Both the position numbers and the translations under genes were made by a program. Positions 28,858 to 39,244 of a stretch of 64,000 nt of DNA are shown here, piece after piece; within the stretch, counting starts at the first letter, position 1; each line of letters opens with the position of its first letter. Source of the stretch: an uncultured Granulosicoccaceae bacterium. Lineage in GTDB: Bacteria; Pseudomonadota; Gammaproteobacteria; Granulosicoccales; Granulosicoccaceae. The notes beneath the pieces are model-generated. The model worked only from the letters and a program-made list of their open reading frames with translations. It did not search any database and was not told the DNA's origin. Where the stretch lies: assembly GCA_938020525.1 (NCBI GenBank), contig CALIHW010000053.1, forward strand, positions 8,705-72,704. Direction: 5' to 3'.

Positions 28858-30372
28858 CTAGCCGAGAAACATTCGATAAGCTACGTTATCGTCTTCACAC
28901 CAATACCGATAGCCCAACCCGTCGAGAAATTTCTGAAACCCTGCACTCTCCTGAGATGGCACCTGCATACCTACAAGCACACGTGCATACGCAGACCCAT
29001 GATTGCGATAGTGGAACAAGGTAATATTCCAGCCAAGCTCCATATTATTCAGAAAAGTAGACAGCGCACCGGGCCTTTCAGGAAATTCAAAACGGTAAAG
29101 CAGTTCATCGTTAATTAAAGGTGAACTGCCACCAACCATGTGTCTGATATGCAGCTTTGCCATCTCATTGTCAGTGAGATCTTCTACTTCAAATGATGAA
29201 TTTTTCAAATCATCAATAATCTGTTGCCGCTCCTTCGCACCTTCTGACAATTGCACACCTACAAAAACATTGGCACTGCGGCTGTCCGAGTAACGATAGT
29301 TGAACTCGGTGACGCTGCGACGCCCTAACATCTCACAGAAGTGGCGAAAACTACCCGGCTCTTCCGGAATGGTGACTGCCAGTAACGCCTCACGTTGTTC
29401 ACCTATCTCGGCGCGTTCGGCTATGTGTCTTAAACGATCAAAGTTAACGTTGGCACCGGTAGTTACGGCAATAAGATTTTGATCAAGCAGCTTATTCTCT
29501 GCGGCGAACTTTTTTAAACCCGCAACGCTCAACGCACCTGCAGGCTCCATGATCGTTCTCGTATCATCAAACACATCGCGGATTGCCGCACACATTTCAT
29601 CAACCGTGATCGTCACGATGTCATCAAGCAGTTCGTTGCAAATGCTGAAAGTCTCATCACCCGGCGACTTGACAGCTACACCATCTGCAAATAAACCCAC
29701 CTCATCAAGTACTACCGGCTTACCTGCAGCAATCGATGCTTTCATGCTTGAAGCGTCTTCTGGCTCCACACCAATTACTTTGACGTTTGGACGTAAATAC
29801 TTCAGCAAAAGCGAGACACCTGAGGCAAGACCACCACCGCCGATCGGTACAAATACCGCATCTATATCGCCTGTCAGCTGCCGACAGATCTCAACACCTA
29901 CTGTACCTTGCCCGGCTATCGTGTCAGGGTCATTAAACGGATGTATAAACGTGTAGCCCAGTGACTTTTCAAGCTCACACGCGTGCGCGTAGGCTTCATC
30001 ATAGTTGTCACCGTGCAACACCGCCTCGCCACCGTGCCCTCTGACCGCATCGACTTTAATCGTCGGTGTGGTTTTGGGCATGACAATCACTGCCCGCAGC
30101 CCGAGCCGGCTGGCAGAAAGTGCGACACCCTGGGCATGATTACCCGCAGATGCACAGACGACACCTTCCGTATCTGGCTGTTGTTGCTGCAGTTTAAAAA
30201 TGCGATTGTATGCACCACGACATTTAAACGAAAAAACAGGCTGCATATCCTCGCGCTTGAGCAGAACATTATTGCCAGTCTTGACGCTCAATCCTGGAGC
30301 AGCGTCGAGCGGTGTTTCATTAGAAACATCGTATACTCGTGCGTTAAGGATTTTTTTGATGTAGTGATCCAT
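28858..30372 (-). CDS. ilvA: Biosynthetic threonine ammonia-lyase (threonine dehydratase)
   Basis: It is 504 aa. The PLP lysine motif is SFKCRGAY. Two C-terminal ACT-like regulatory repeats are present. rpiA is adjacent, as in Pseudomonas. Confidence 0.9.
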   Translation of the reverse strand: MDHYIKKILNARVYDVSNETPLDAAPGLSVKTGNNVLLKREDMQPVFSFKCRGAYNRIFKLQQQQPDTEGVVCASAGNHAQGVALSASRLGLRAVIVMPKTTPTIKVDAVRGHGGEAVLHGDNYDEAYAHACELEKSLGYTFIHPFNDPDTIAGQGTVGVEICRQLTGDIDAVFVPIGGGGLASGVSLLLKYLRPNVKVIGVEPEDASSMKASIAAGKPVVLDEVGLFADGVAVKSPGDETFSICNELLDDIVTITVDEMCAAIRDVFDDTRTIMEPAGALSVAGLKKFAAENKLLDQNLIAVTTGANVNFDRLRHIAERAEIGEQREALLAVTIPEEPGSFRHFCEMLGRRSVTEFNYRYSDSRSANVFVGVQLSEGAKERQQIIDDLKNSSFEVEDLTDNEMAKLHIRHMVGGSSPLINDELLYRFEFPERPGALSTFLNNMELGWNITLFHYRNHGSAYARVLVGMQVPSQESAGFQKFLDGLGYRYWCEDDNVAYRMFLG

Positions 30373-30472
30373 GCAGGACTTCTTGATGATTAGGCGACAA
30401 CTCTAACCAATGCACGGCCCAGGTGGAAGCACGGCTTTCCAATATCGCTAATCAACCCATTTAACCACAAAG

Positions 30473-31159
30473 ATGCCACTCACCAATATGAATGCAGATG
30501 ACATGAAAATGGCTGTTGCCAATGCCGCACTCGACTGGGTACAGGAGAACACGATCATTGGTGTCGGCACCGGCAGTACCGCCAACCTGTTTGTCGATGC
30601 ACTGGCAAGTTCTAATCTGCAGATTGATGGTGCGGTGGCAAGCTCGGAGGCGACAGCAGAGAGACTTAAGGCAGCAGGTATTGATGTTCACGATCTCAAC
30701 TCTACCGGCCCGCTGTCTGTCTATATTGACGGCGCAGATGAAGCTGATGCGAACCTGCACTTGATCAAGGGTGGCGGTGGTGCACTAACGCGTGAAAAAA
30801 TCGTCGCAGCTGCGAGTGACAAGTTCATCTGTATTGCCGATGCCTCCAAAAAAGTAGCGGTACTTGGAGACTTTGGTGTGCCAGTTGAAGTAATTCCAAT
30901 GGCTCGCAGCTATGTGGCCAGAGAGATAGTCAAACTCGGCGGTGATCCGGAACTACGCGATCAGTTCAGAACCGACAACGGCAATGTGATACTTGATATT
31001 TTAAATATGCAAGTCACCAATCCCATTGAGTTGGAGCAACAGTTGAATCAACTGGCTGGGGTCGTCTCGTGTGGATTGTTTGCACAACGACCGGCGGATG
31101 TTCTGTTACTCGGCAACGCAGACGGCAGTGTTGAAAAAATAATGGGTGCCAAAAATTAG
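30473..31159 (+). CDS. rpiA: Ribose-5-phosphate isomerase A
   Basis: [18 protein letters not shown] and [15 protein letters not shown] are present. The start may instead be the ATG at 30488. Confidence 0.9.
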   Translation: MPLTNMNADDMKMAVANAALDWVQENTIIGVGTGSTANLFVDALASSNLQIDGAVASSEATAERLKAAGIDVHDLNSTGPLSVYIDGADEADANLHLIKGGGGALTREKIVAAASDKFICIADASKKVAVLGDFGVPVEVIPMARSYVAREIVKLGGDPELRDQFRTDNGNVILDILNMQVTNPIELEQQLNQLAGVVSCGLFAQRPADVLLLGNADGSVEKIMGAKN

Positions 31160-31192
31160 CTGCTCTTGTTTTGCCCGTCATCTACCATCGCT

Positions 31193-31441
31193 TTAACCAT
31201 CGTTTTGCGCATGGTACGCCGCAAACAGCGCCTGCACTGGAATGCCTTCTATAGTCATTCCATCCAGCCTGGCATTGGAAATCTTTACATTACGCAGATC
31301 TACATCATCAAAGACAGAGTCGTTTAAAGACACATCGGTTATAACAGTGTGCTTTAAATTTACATCTTCAAACTTGCTGCCTGAAAGATTGATATCAACA
31401 AATTCTGAGTTCTTAATATTTGCATTGGTCAGTTTGATCAT
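31193..31441 (-). CDS. Pentapeptide-repeat protein (82 aa)
   Basis: It contains consecutive A(D/N)LxX-type pentapeptides: NLSGSKFEDVNLKHTVITDVSLNDSVFDDVDLRNVKISNARLDG. Confidence 0.7.
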   Translation of the reverse strand: MIKLTNANIKNSEFVDINLSGSKFEDVNLKHTVITDVSLNDSVFDDVDLRNVKISNARLDGMTIEGIPVQALFAAYHAQNDG

Positions 31442-32214
31442 AGCGGCTCACCAACTATAACGTCGGTATGCACCGCAGAGCGAGTCTCCGGAATGGGTCG
31501 ATTCTTTTCGTCATGGTATGTGTACACCAGAGACTTCTTTACCAGATCAACTTCATTTTGACCCGCCGCATGAAAAGTACGGCAATGAAAAAACAAGGTA
31601 TCGCCCGCTTCCAGCTGCGCAGGCACGGCCTGATCAATAAGATCCCTGTTTTCCTGAATATCTGTGCGCAGAAATAATGCAGCATCAAGGCGCCCACGCC
31701 CAAGATTCAGCTGATGCGAACCGGGTATTAGAAGCAAGCCACCATTCTCTATTCGCTCAGGCCCGAGCGCCAGCCAGACACTGATTAACTCGGGATGATC
31801 GAAAGACCAATAACGAATATCCTGGTGCCACGATGTCACACTACTGTAGCCAGGATGTTTGGTCATCACACAGTTATGATGATTTTGTGAAACCATAACC
31901 CTGTTGCATTCGAGCATCAGTTTCAGCCGTGCGACTACCGCTTCACTATTGGCCCATTGCCTGAAAATACTTGCGCGCGTGTAGGCATTCAACAAACGGC
32001 GTGGTGTCTGCCCGCCTGGAGCTGCCTTACTTTCAGGAGCACCGGGGTAATGAACGTCCGCTTCATATTCCACAGGTGCAAGAGCAGGATTGACGGAATC
32101 ATCAATAACCTGATTCATTTTTTCTATCAGCTCACCACTGGCAAGACCACGTTCAATCAGAAAGCCATCTTCATTAAATTGCTTTAGCTGATCAGCAGTA
32201 AGTACCTGAGACAT
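31438..32214 (-). CDS. Phytanoyl-CoA dioxygenase (PhyH) family Fe(II)/2-oxoglutarate oxygenase
   Basis: The N-terminal LTADQLKQFNEDGFLI, the HxD motif WHQDIRYW and the distal His FFHCRTFHAAG are present. Confidence 0.7.
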   Translation of the reverse strand: MSQVLTADQLKQFNEDGFLIERGLASGELIEKMNQVIDDSVNPALAPVEYEADVHYPGAPESKAAPGGQTPRRLLNAYTRASIFRQWANSEAVVARLKLMLECNRVMVSQNHHNCVMTKHPGYSSVTSWHQDIRYWSFDHPELISVWLALGPERIENGGLLLIPGSHQLNLGRGRLDAALFLRTDIQENRDLIDQAVPAQLEAGDTLFFHCRTFHAAGQNEVDLVKKSLVYTYHDEKNRPIPETRSAVHTDVIVGEPL

Positions 32215-32330
32215 TGCACATCCTTATTAAATAAGTGAGTTAAATATGGGAGTGTTTGCAGCAGACTCTTGCAAATGAAAATACATAAACGATGTATAAC
32301 AATAACTCAGAATATTTTCACTATTGTTTT

Positions 32331-33254
32331 CTACTTACTAATCACTTCAACAGGTTTCGCGTAACGTATTTCAAGCTCTTTTACTACCGAATTAGCAAAC
32401 AACGCTGCCGCAACAGGTAGTATTCTCCCCTTGAGCTGTGCAACAAAAAGATTACCTCCAGGTACCGCACGCTCTTCTATTTCACGGCTGACAATTTCAT
32501 CGCCTGCCTTTAAACCAATTGGCAACTGAAATGAAATACAATGCTCGTGCTCAAGATAGTTTTTAATAAAGTCAAAGTTATCTGACTCAATTATCTTTTG
32601 AAGCTCATCACCTTTACGCAGCATCGCATCATCAAGGATAAAACGCATACCGCTACTTGTGGTCGGCAATACTACTGGCGTCGATAATAAATCACTCCAG
32701 CCTAGTTTTTCCTTTTTAGCCAGCGGGTGGTTTGCAGACATAATCGCTCTTAGTGGTTGTTCAACTCTGCCAACAGGATGAAACTCAGCTGTTCTAAATG
32801 GTTCAAATACAACCGCTATATCTGCATCAAAAGAGGTTAGCTGCTCTATCGCTTCTTTTCGATCGCACACATTTACACTAAACGTTACCGCTGTGTGTTC
32901 CTTTCTATAGAGAGCAATCTGCTCAGAGATAAAGTGAGGTAGTATCGCCTGTCCGCACACAATAGACACATGTCCACGACGCACTCCGCTCAAATCAGCA
33001 ATCTGGGACCTGACACGTTCCATGTCTGCAATCTGGGATCGGATGTGCTGTATCATCAGTTCGCCAGCTGTGCTCAACCGCACCCCCCGGGGCAATCGCT
33101 CAAACAAGGGCACCCCGAGTTCTTCCTCCATTGCGAGTATGCGACGATTCAGTGCTGTAGAGGTGATTGCAAGCTTATCTGCAGCGCGACGAATCGATCC
33201 ACTCCGCGCTACGGTATCGATGTAGTGAAGAGGCAGCAAGTGCCGCATATTCAT
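32331..33254 (-). CDS. LysR family transcriptional regulator
   Basis: The N-terminal wHTH is LLPLHYIDTVARSGSIRRAADKLAITSTALNRRI..EEELGVPLFER. The protein is about 300 aa. Confidence 0.9.
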   Translation of the reverse strand: MNMRHLLPLHYIDTVARSGSIRRAADKLAITSTALNRRILAMEEELGVPLFERLPRGVRLSTAGELMIQHIRSQIADMERVRSQIADLSGVRRGHVSIVCGQAILPHFISEQIALYRKEHTAVTFSVNVCDRKEAIEQLTSFDADIAVVFEPFRTAEFHPVGRVEQPLRAIMSANHPLAKKEKLGWSDLLSTPVVLPTTSSGMRFILDDAMLRKGDELQKIIESDNFDFIKNYLEHEHCISFQLPIGLKAGDEIVSREIEERAVPGGNLFVAQLKGRILPVAAALFANSVVKELEIRYAKPVEVISK

Positions 33255-33291
33255 ACCTTTATCTAGTGTTCAGGAATCGAGGATGCATTTT

Positions 33292-33308
33292 ATGCATCAC
33301 TCCAGTGC
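33292..33308. promoter_or_regulatory. Weak candidate NtrC-type site upstream of glnK
   Basis: TGCATC-ACTCC-AGTGCA compared with TGCACC-N5-GGTGCA has 2 mismatches. I could not find a convincing sigma54 -24/-12 element downstream, so this is tentative. Confidence 0.25.
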
Positions 33309-33316
33309 AAAATTAG

Positions 33317-33763
<447 letters not shown>

Positions 33764-33789
33764 GAATCAGAAATCAAGAGTAAATACCT

Positions 33790-35073
33790 ATGCAAGAACA
33801 AATCTTTGAACTGCAGTACGCCATTGATACGTTTTACTTTCTTATTTGTGGCGCGCTGGTTATGTGGATGGCAGCAGGCTTTTCAATGCTTGAAGCCGGC
33901 TTGGTGAGAACTAAAAGTACCACTGAAATTCTGACTAAAAATGTTGCGTTGTATTCAATCTCATGTGTCATGTACCTGTTGGTTGGCTATCAACTGATGT
34001 ATGGCGGTGGTTACTTGTTGGCCGGTATTGAAAACGATGGAGCTGACGCGGCAGCTGATTTAGTCGCAAGCGTGTTGGCTGAATCACAAGAGGCCGGATT
34101 CAATGGCGACTCAGTGTACTCCAATGCGTCCGACTTCTTCTTTCAGGTAGTTTTTGTCGCAACGGCTATGTCTATTGTTTCAGGTGCTGTGGCAGAACGC
34201 ATGAAGCTCTGGGCATTCCTGCTGTTCACAGTTGTGATGACAGGCTATATCTACCCGATGGAAGGCAGCTGGACCTGGGGTGGACAGTCGGTTTTTGGAC
34301 TTTTTGAATTGTCTGTTGATGGAGTTGGTTTTTCAGACTTTGCAGGCTCTGGCATCGTACATCTTGCAGGTGCTGCAGCAGCATTTTCCGGTGTGTTGCT
34401 GCTTGGCGCCAGAAAAGGCAAGTTTGGTAAGAACGGGCAGGTATATGCGATGCCGGGCGCTAACCTGCCACTGGCAACACTTGGAACATTCATCCTGTGG
34501 ATGGGATGGTTCGGTTTTAACGGTGGTTCTGTTCTGAAGCTCGGTGATATTTCCAACGCCAATGCAGTTGCGATGGTGTTTCTCAACACCAATGCTGCCG
34601 CCGCAGCCGGTGCCATCAGTGCACTGGTTATAGCAAAGCTCATGTTCGGTAAAGCAGATTTAACTATGGCACTCAACGGAGCGCTGGCGGGCCTGGTTGC
34701 GATTACCGCTGAACCATCAACACCGACTCCGGCACTGGCCACGCTGTTCGGTGCGATCGCAGGCGTCATTGTTGTCTACTCAATTGTCGCGCTGGAGAAA
34801 TTTCGACTTGATGATCCTGTTGGCGCTATTTCGGTCCATGGGGTAGTTGGGATCTTTGGCTTGATGATCGTGCCTTTTACAAACTCCGATGCGTCATTCG
34901 CAGCACAGGCTTTGGGAGCGGTGGTCATCTTCACCTGGGTATTCTTTGCTTCTTTGATTGTCTGGCTGATTATCAAGTTAATCTTCGGCATCAGAATTTC
35001 TGAAGAAGAAGAATACGAAGGGGCGGACGTTAGTGAATGCGGGATAGAAGCTTATCCGGAATTTACTAATTAA
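33790..35073 (+). CDS. amtB: Ammonium transporter
   Basis: This is a polytopic Amt family protein with DFAGSGIVHLAGA and FGFNGGS. It is paired with glnK. Confidence 0.9.
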   Translation: MQEQIFELQYAIDTFYFLICGALVMWMAAGFSMLEAGLVRTKSTTEILTKNVALYSISCVMYLLVGYQLMYGGGYLLAGIENDGADAAADLVASVLAESQEAGFNGDSVYSNASDFFFQVVFVATAMSIVSGAVAERMKLWAFLLFTVVMTGYIYPMEGSWTWGGQSVFGLFELSVDGVGFSDFAGSGIVHLAGAAAAFSGVLLLGARKGKFGKNGQVYAMPGANLPLATLGTFILWMGWFGFNGGSVLKLGDISNANAVAMVFLNTNAAAAAGAISALVIAKLMFGKADLTMALNGALAGLVAITAEPSTPTPALATLFGAIAGVIVVYSIVALEKFRLDDPVGAISVHGVVGIFGLMIVPFTNSDASFAAQALGAVVIFTWVFFASLIVWLIIKLIFGIRISEEEEYEGADVSECGIEAYPEFTN

Positions 35074-35114
35074 CCACTCAGCCCGTTATTGATAAAACCC
35101 ATATCGACAATTAT

Positions 35115-35138
35115 GCCCGCCTGACGACTCAGGCGGGC
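35115..35138. terminator. Bidirectional intrinsic terminator between amtB and the convergent PPIase gene
   Basis: The hairpin is GCCCGCCTGA-CGAC-TCAGGCGGGC, a 10-bp GC-rich stem. A T-rich tract (TTCAAATTATTTT) follows on the plus strand. Confidence 0.6.
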
Positions 35139-35144
35139 TTCAAA

Positions 35145-35822
35145 TTATTTTCGAGTGACACTCTCGATCATAACGGTCTCAACCGGGACATCAGAGGGAA
35201 ACCTGCCGGAAGCGCCGGTTTGCACTGCAGCAATCTTGTCAACAACGTCCATTCCCGATACCACACTGCCAAAAACTGCATAACCATAGCCCGCAGCACT
35301 GGTGTCACGATGATCCAGAAACGCATTGTCGACAACATTAATAAAAAACTGCGAGGTCGCAGAGTTAACCACTGACGTCCGAGCCATTGCAATACTGTAC
35401 TTTACGTTCTTTAAGCCATTCGTCGCTTCATTCTCGATAGGATTCTGCGTTGCCTTTTGCTGCAGATTGGCATCAAAGCCACCACCCTGCACCATAAAAC
35501 CTGAAATCACACGGTGAAATACAGTGCCGTCGTAGTGGCCACTGTCCGCATAGGCTAGAAAGTTCTCTACACTGAGGGGGGCTTTTTCGGCATCCAGTGA
35601 TAACTCAATATCACCCAACGAAGTTTTCATTAACACAAGCGTACCAGCGGCAATCTGGCCGGCATTGGCTTCAGCAGTGGCAGTGACAGAATCATTCTGT
35701 ACCTGCTGCTGTACACTTCGATCCGGAGTCTCGCCGCCACAGGCAGCAACCAGTGCCAGAACCGCACTTATTAACAGACCTCTGCCTGATCTACCCATGG
35801 TTTGTAACGTTATTGCTTGCAT
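35145..35822 (-). CDS. ppiA: Cyclophilin-type peptidyl-prolyl cis-trans isomerase, probable lipoprotein
   Basis: [15 protein letters not shown] and MARTS...SATSQFFIN are present. The N-terminal signal has LVAAC|GG. Confidence 0.85.
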   Translation of the reverse strand: MQAITLQTMGRSGRGLLISAVLALVAACGGETPDRSVQQQVQNDSVTATAEANAGQIAAGTLVLMKTSLGDIELSLDAEKAPLSVENFLAYADSGHYDGTVFHRVISGFMVQGGGFDANLQQKATQNPIENEATNGLKNVKYSIAMARTSVVNSATSQFFINVVDNAFLDHRDTSAAGYGYAVFGSVVSGMDVVDKIAAVQTGASGRFPSDVPVETVMIESVTRK

Positions 35823-36010
35823 TGTGCTGCCTGTTTGACAATATGTATCCAGAAGATTAGTAGCCCTCTGCAGCGGGTCAAGTCAGGCATACATAATAAC
35901 CCACCCCGGATCTGAATCAGGCCCCATCCATTTAGCCGGATATTAAACAGGCAACTGCTCAAGCCGGCAAGCTTAAGACAGACTACAGGAATACCTTTGA
36001 GCAAAATATT

Positions 36011-36895
36011 GTGAGCATGCCAGCGCTGATCCGCACCGCACCGGTCATTTTCCTGTTGCTATGGTCTGGTGGCTTCACTGTTGCCAAAATCGGAATCCAT
36101 GACGCTGACCCAATAACATTGTTAGCACTGCGCTATTTTTGCGTGTTGGTATTACTGTTGCCGCTGGTATTGATCGTAAAACCACAATTTCCGAAAAACC
36201 GCAGTCAGTGGCTACATTTGGCTATTGTGGGTTTTCTGATCCAGGTGGTCTACTTTGGTACCGCATGGCTGGCGTTTTCTCTTGGTGGTTCAGCAGGGGC
36301 CGTGGCACTGATCACTTCACTGCAACCGATATTAGTCGCCGTGGTGATGCCTTATCTATCGCAGGAAAAAATCAATCCTGCAAAATGGTTCGGGCTGTTT
36401 CTTGGATTATGCGGCGCGGTGCTGGTTATTACCGGTAACAACGGGGTTCAGGCGGTCAGTGTACCGGTGATTTTACTTTCTGTTGCCGCATTGCTGGCCT
36501 TTACGATGGCAACCATCTGGGAAAAACGTTTTGGCAGTGAATATCATCCGCTTACCAGTAATACAGTTCAATATACCGTCGGCTTTTTCTGCACACTGCC
36601 ATTGGCAGCACTGTTCGAACCAATGAACATTAATGTCACCATGCCTTTTGTAGTGGCATTGACATACCTGGTTGTCTGCAACTCAATTTTGGCCATCAGC
36701 TTATTACTGATGATGATCAGAAGAGGCGAGGCGACCAAAGTGTCTGCACTATTTTTTCTAGTGCCACCGGTTTCCGCATTTATCGCCTGGTTAATGCTGG
36801 ATGAAAAAATGACCCCACTGGCCTGGGCTGGAATGGTTGTGGCGGTGACGGGTGTCTGGCTCGTATCGCGCCAAAAGGAAAACCAGAAAAACTAA
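36011..36895 (+). CDS. DMT superfamily (EamA-like) transporter
   Basis: It has ten predicted TM helices and two EamA-like halves. Confidence 0.7.
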   Translation: MSMPALIRTAPVIFLLLWSGGFTVAKIGIHDADPITLLALRYFCVLVLLLPLVLIVKPQFPKNRSQWLHLAIVGFLIQVVYFGTAWLAFSLGGSAGAVALITSLQPILVAVVMPYLSQEKINPAKWFGLFLGLCGAVLVITGNNGVQAVSVPVILLSVAALLAFTMATIWEKRFGSEYHPLTSNTVQYTVGFFCTLPLAALFEPMNINVTMPFVVALTYLVVCNSILAISLLLMMIRRGEATKVSALFFLVPPVSAFIAWLMLDEKMTPLAWAGMVVAVTGVWLVSRQKENQKN

Positions 36896-36898
36896 GTG

Positions 36899-38356
36899 CT
36901 ACGCTGCGGCAAGGCGGAAAGTAAAACGCGTGCCGTTACCGGTATTTTCAACCAACAAAGTATCGCCGTGAAGCTCCACAATGCGTTGCGTAATCGCAAG
37001 TCCCAGGCCCGCGTTTCCTTTCTCATTGTGCTCATTATCTGCACGATGAAATCGCTTAAAGATTTTATTTAAATCTTCGAGTGCTATTCCGGGCCCATTG
37101 TCTTCAACTTGCACATGTACCGTCTTTTCAGCTACGTCATTGACCAGAGTTATCGTTACCTCGCCGTTTTCAGGCGTATATTGTATTGCGTTAACAAGCA
37201 GGTTACTCACCGCACGATCCAGTAACGCCAGATCACCCTTGACCATGATTGGTTTGTCCACCCCGAAACCTGCCAGTTTGATATTTTTAGCATCCGCTTG
37301 CGGCAGACAGCCTTGCTGTACGTCACCGATTACCTCAGACATCGAGATCGATTCCATCTGCAGCGATTCAGCGCGATCTTCGAGCTTGGCCAGTTCAAAC
37401 AGGTCACTGATTAATACCTTCAACCGGTTACTGTGTTTCAATGCTATTCCCAGATACTGCTCACGCTGCTGCAAATCCAGCTTGTCATTCTTGTGTAGCA
37501 CCATTTCAAGGTAGCCCTGCGTAGCTGTCAACGGAGTGCGCAGGTCGTGTGAAATATTCGCTATAAAGCTGCGTCGGTTTTTGTCCTGCTCTTCGAGCAG
37601 GTTTATTTGATCGACTATGCGATTCGCCATCTCATCGTAGCTTTCTCCCAGACGGGAAATTTCATCATCCGATGCATCTCCGGATAACTCTTTGTAACTG
37701 GTTATGGAGCGAAATCCGGAGTTTCGAAAGGTTTCAATTTCAAAGCTGAGCAAACGTAATCTGGCTGTAATTCGCCTGAAAACATATAACCCCGCCAACA
37801 ATGACACCAATAAACTGCCCAGCAGCGCCGAAATACCGATGGTAGAAATCAACTTGCGCGAGCTGTCTTCACGCTGTGCATCCAACGTTACGTACATGTA
37901 GCCCAGTAATTCATCAGCGCGTTTGATCTCGGCTACTGAAAAAGTAATTTCTGAGTCTTCAGAAAGCGGATCCTCCGCATACAGCGGGTATTGCCGGTCC
38001 GGCATTAAAAACATACGCAGAGAATCAACAGATATCGTGTTACGCAACAGGGGTGTTCCCTCTACCGAGCTTGAAACAATACCACCCTCCGCATTAAGTA
38101 AATAAAGCTGCACATCGGGATTAACGATCGACATCGTACGAAACAGCTGTTCAATTAAATGCCCATCTATCTCTCCACTAACGGTTTGAGTTATTTCATG
38201 CGACAAATTTACTGCAATGTCTGCATTCTCTCGCTGAACTTCGGCAATAATGTTCGAGCGAGTTAAGTAGTACGCAATAGCAGAGTAGACGATCGCTGTT
38301 ACAAACAACAATACAATTAGTGTTAACGCAAGCTTTGCGTATAGAGATTTAATCAA
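36899..38356 (-). CDS. Sensor histidine kinase (TM-periplasmic-TM-HAMP-HisKA-HATPase)
   Basis: The H-box is FIANISHDLRTPLT. The N box is LLVNAIQYTP. The G boxes are DNGPGI and GLGLAI. Confidence 0.9.
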   Translation of the reverse strand: MIKSLYAKLALTLIVLLFVTAIVYSAIAYYLTRSNIIAEVQRENADIAVNLSHEITQTVSGEIDGHLIEQLFRTMSIVNPDVQLYLLNAEGGIVSSSVEGTPLLRNTISVDSLRMFLMPDRQYPLYAEDPLSEDSEITFSVAEIKRADELLGYMYVTLDAQREDSSRKLISTIGISALLGSLLVSLLAGLYVFRRITARLRLLSFEIETFRNSGFRSITSYKELSGDASDDEISRLGESYDEMANRIVDQINLLEEQDKNRRSFIANISHDLRTPLTATQGYLEMVLHKNDKLDLQQREQYLGIALKHSNRLKVLISDLFELAKLEDRAESLQMESISMSEVIGDVQQGCLPQADAKNIKLAGFGVDKPIMVKGDLALLDRAVSNLLVNAIQYTPENGEVTITLVNDVAEKTVHVQVEDNGPGIALEDLNKIFKRFHRADNEHNEKGNAGLGLAITQRIVELHGDTLLVENTGNGTRFTFRLAAA

Positions 38357-38373
38357 GAGAGTAAGCCGGCAAT

Positions 38374-39087
38374 CTACTCTGTGGCAAACTCATACCCGAC
38401 TCCCCAGCGTGTAAGGATATATTCGGGTTCTGCTGCGTTTTTCTCTATTTTGGTGCGCAAGCGATTGATGTGAGAGTTCACCGTATGATGGTAGCCCTCG
38501 TATTGATAACCCCATACTTTATCGAGCAGATCCATCCTGGAAAACACCTTGCCTGGATTAGTTATAAAGTGAAGCAGTAAATCATACTCTTTTGGTGTCA
38601 GATCTACCTCTTGATCAGAAATGTACACCCGACGGCTTTCAGTTTGAATCTTCAGGGCTTTAAACTCCAGCGCCTCATTTGCCTGACTCCCGTTTGCCGG
38701 TGCATCAGTTGCATCGCCGGTCATCGATGTTCGTCGCAACATGGCTTTAACCCGTGCTGACAGCTCCATCATGCTAAACGGTTTGGTGATGTAATCATCT
38801 GCGCCAAGCTCAAGACCAAGAACACGGTCCATTTCCGATACTTTTGCAGTCAACATCATGATCGGTATGTGGCGATTGGTAGATCTCACTGTGCGACAGA
38901 TCTCGAGACCGTCAACCTCAGGCAGCATTACATCGAGTAAAAGTAAATCAAAGGACTCATTAGTCGCCGCTTCAAGCGCCTCGCGGCCGTTAGAAATCCA
39001 CCGACACTGAACGTCAATATCCTGCAGTTGCAGCGATACGAGCTGCGCCAGATCCGGGTCGTCTTCGACCAAAAGTACTTTCCTCAT
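38374..39087 (-). CDS. OmpR/PhoB-family response regulator
   Basis: The receiver has VLLVEDD...LLLDVMLP...LTAK. The C-terminal winged helix has LTPKEYDLLLHF...VWGY. Confidence 0.9.
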   Translation of the reverse strand: MRKVLLVEDDPDLAQLVSLQLQDIDVQCRWISNGREALEAATNESFDLLLLDVMLPEVDGLEICRTVRSTNRHIPIMMLTAKVSEMDRVLGLELGADDYITKPFSMMELSARVKAMLRRTSMTGDATDAPANGSQANEALEFKALKIQTESRRVYISDQEVDLTPKEYDLLLHFITNPGKVFSRMDLLDKVWGYQYEGYHHTVNSHINRLRTKIEKNAAEPEYILTRWGVGYEFATE

Positions 39088-39244
39088 TAAAATCTCTGCC
39101 TGAGTACGATTTATATATGGATGGATTTAATGCCAACTCCCTTGGGACACGTCGCAGAGGATATGGTTCCGACCGGTAAAATCGGATGGTTAAAACGCCG
39201 AGCAGACCATATATACTGGCAAGCCGCGGAAGTCCTGACCACAA

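Noticed and set aside
34251-34769. Long antisense ORFs lie inside well-supported genes: 34251..34769 in amtB, 57555..58091 in trpD, 24263..24946 in pepP, and 29549..29956 and 29983..30393 in ilvA.
   Set aside because: These are shadow ORFs on the strand opposite strongly conserved genes. Their composition is low-complexity Ala/Ser/Pro-rich, and I recognise no motifs.
39088-39244. I looked for a LexA box upstream of the tandem uvrA-like gene (CCATATATACTGG, TACGATTTATATATGG).
   Set aside because: Neither sequence has the CTGT-N8-ACAG core. I do not predict SOS control here.
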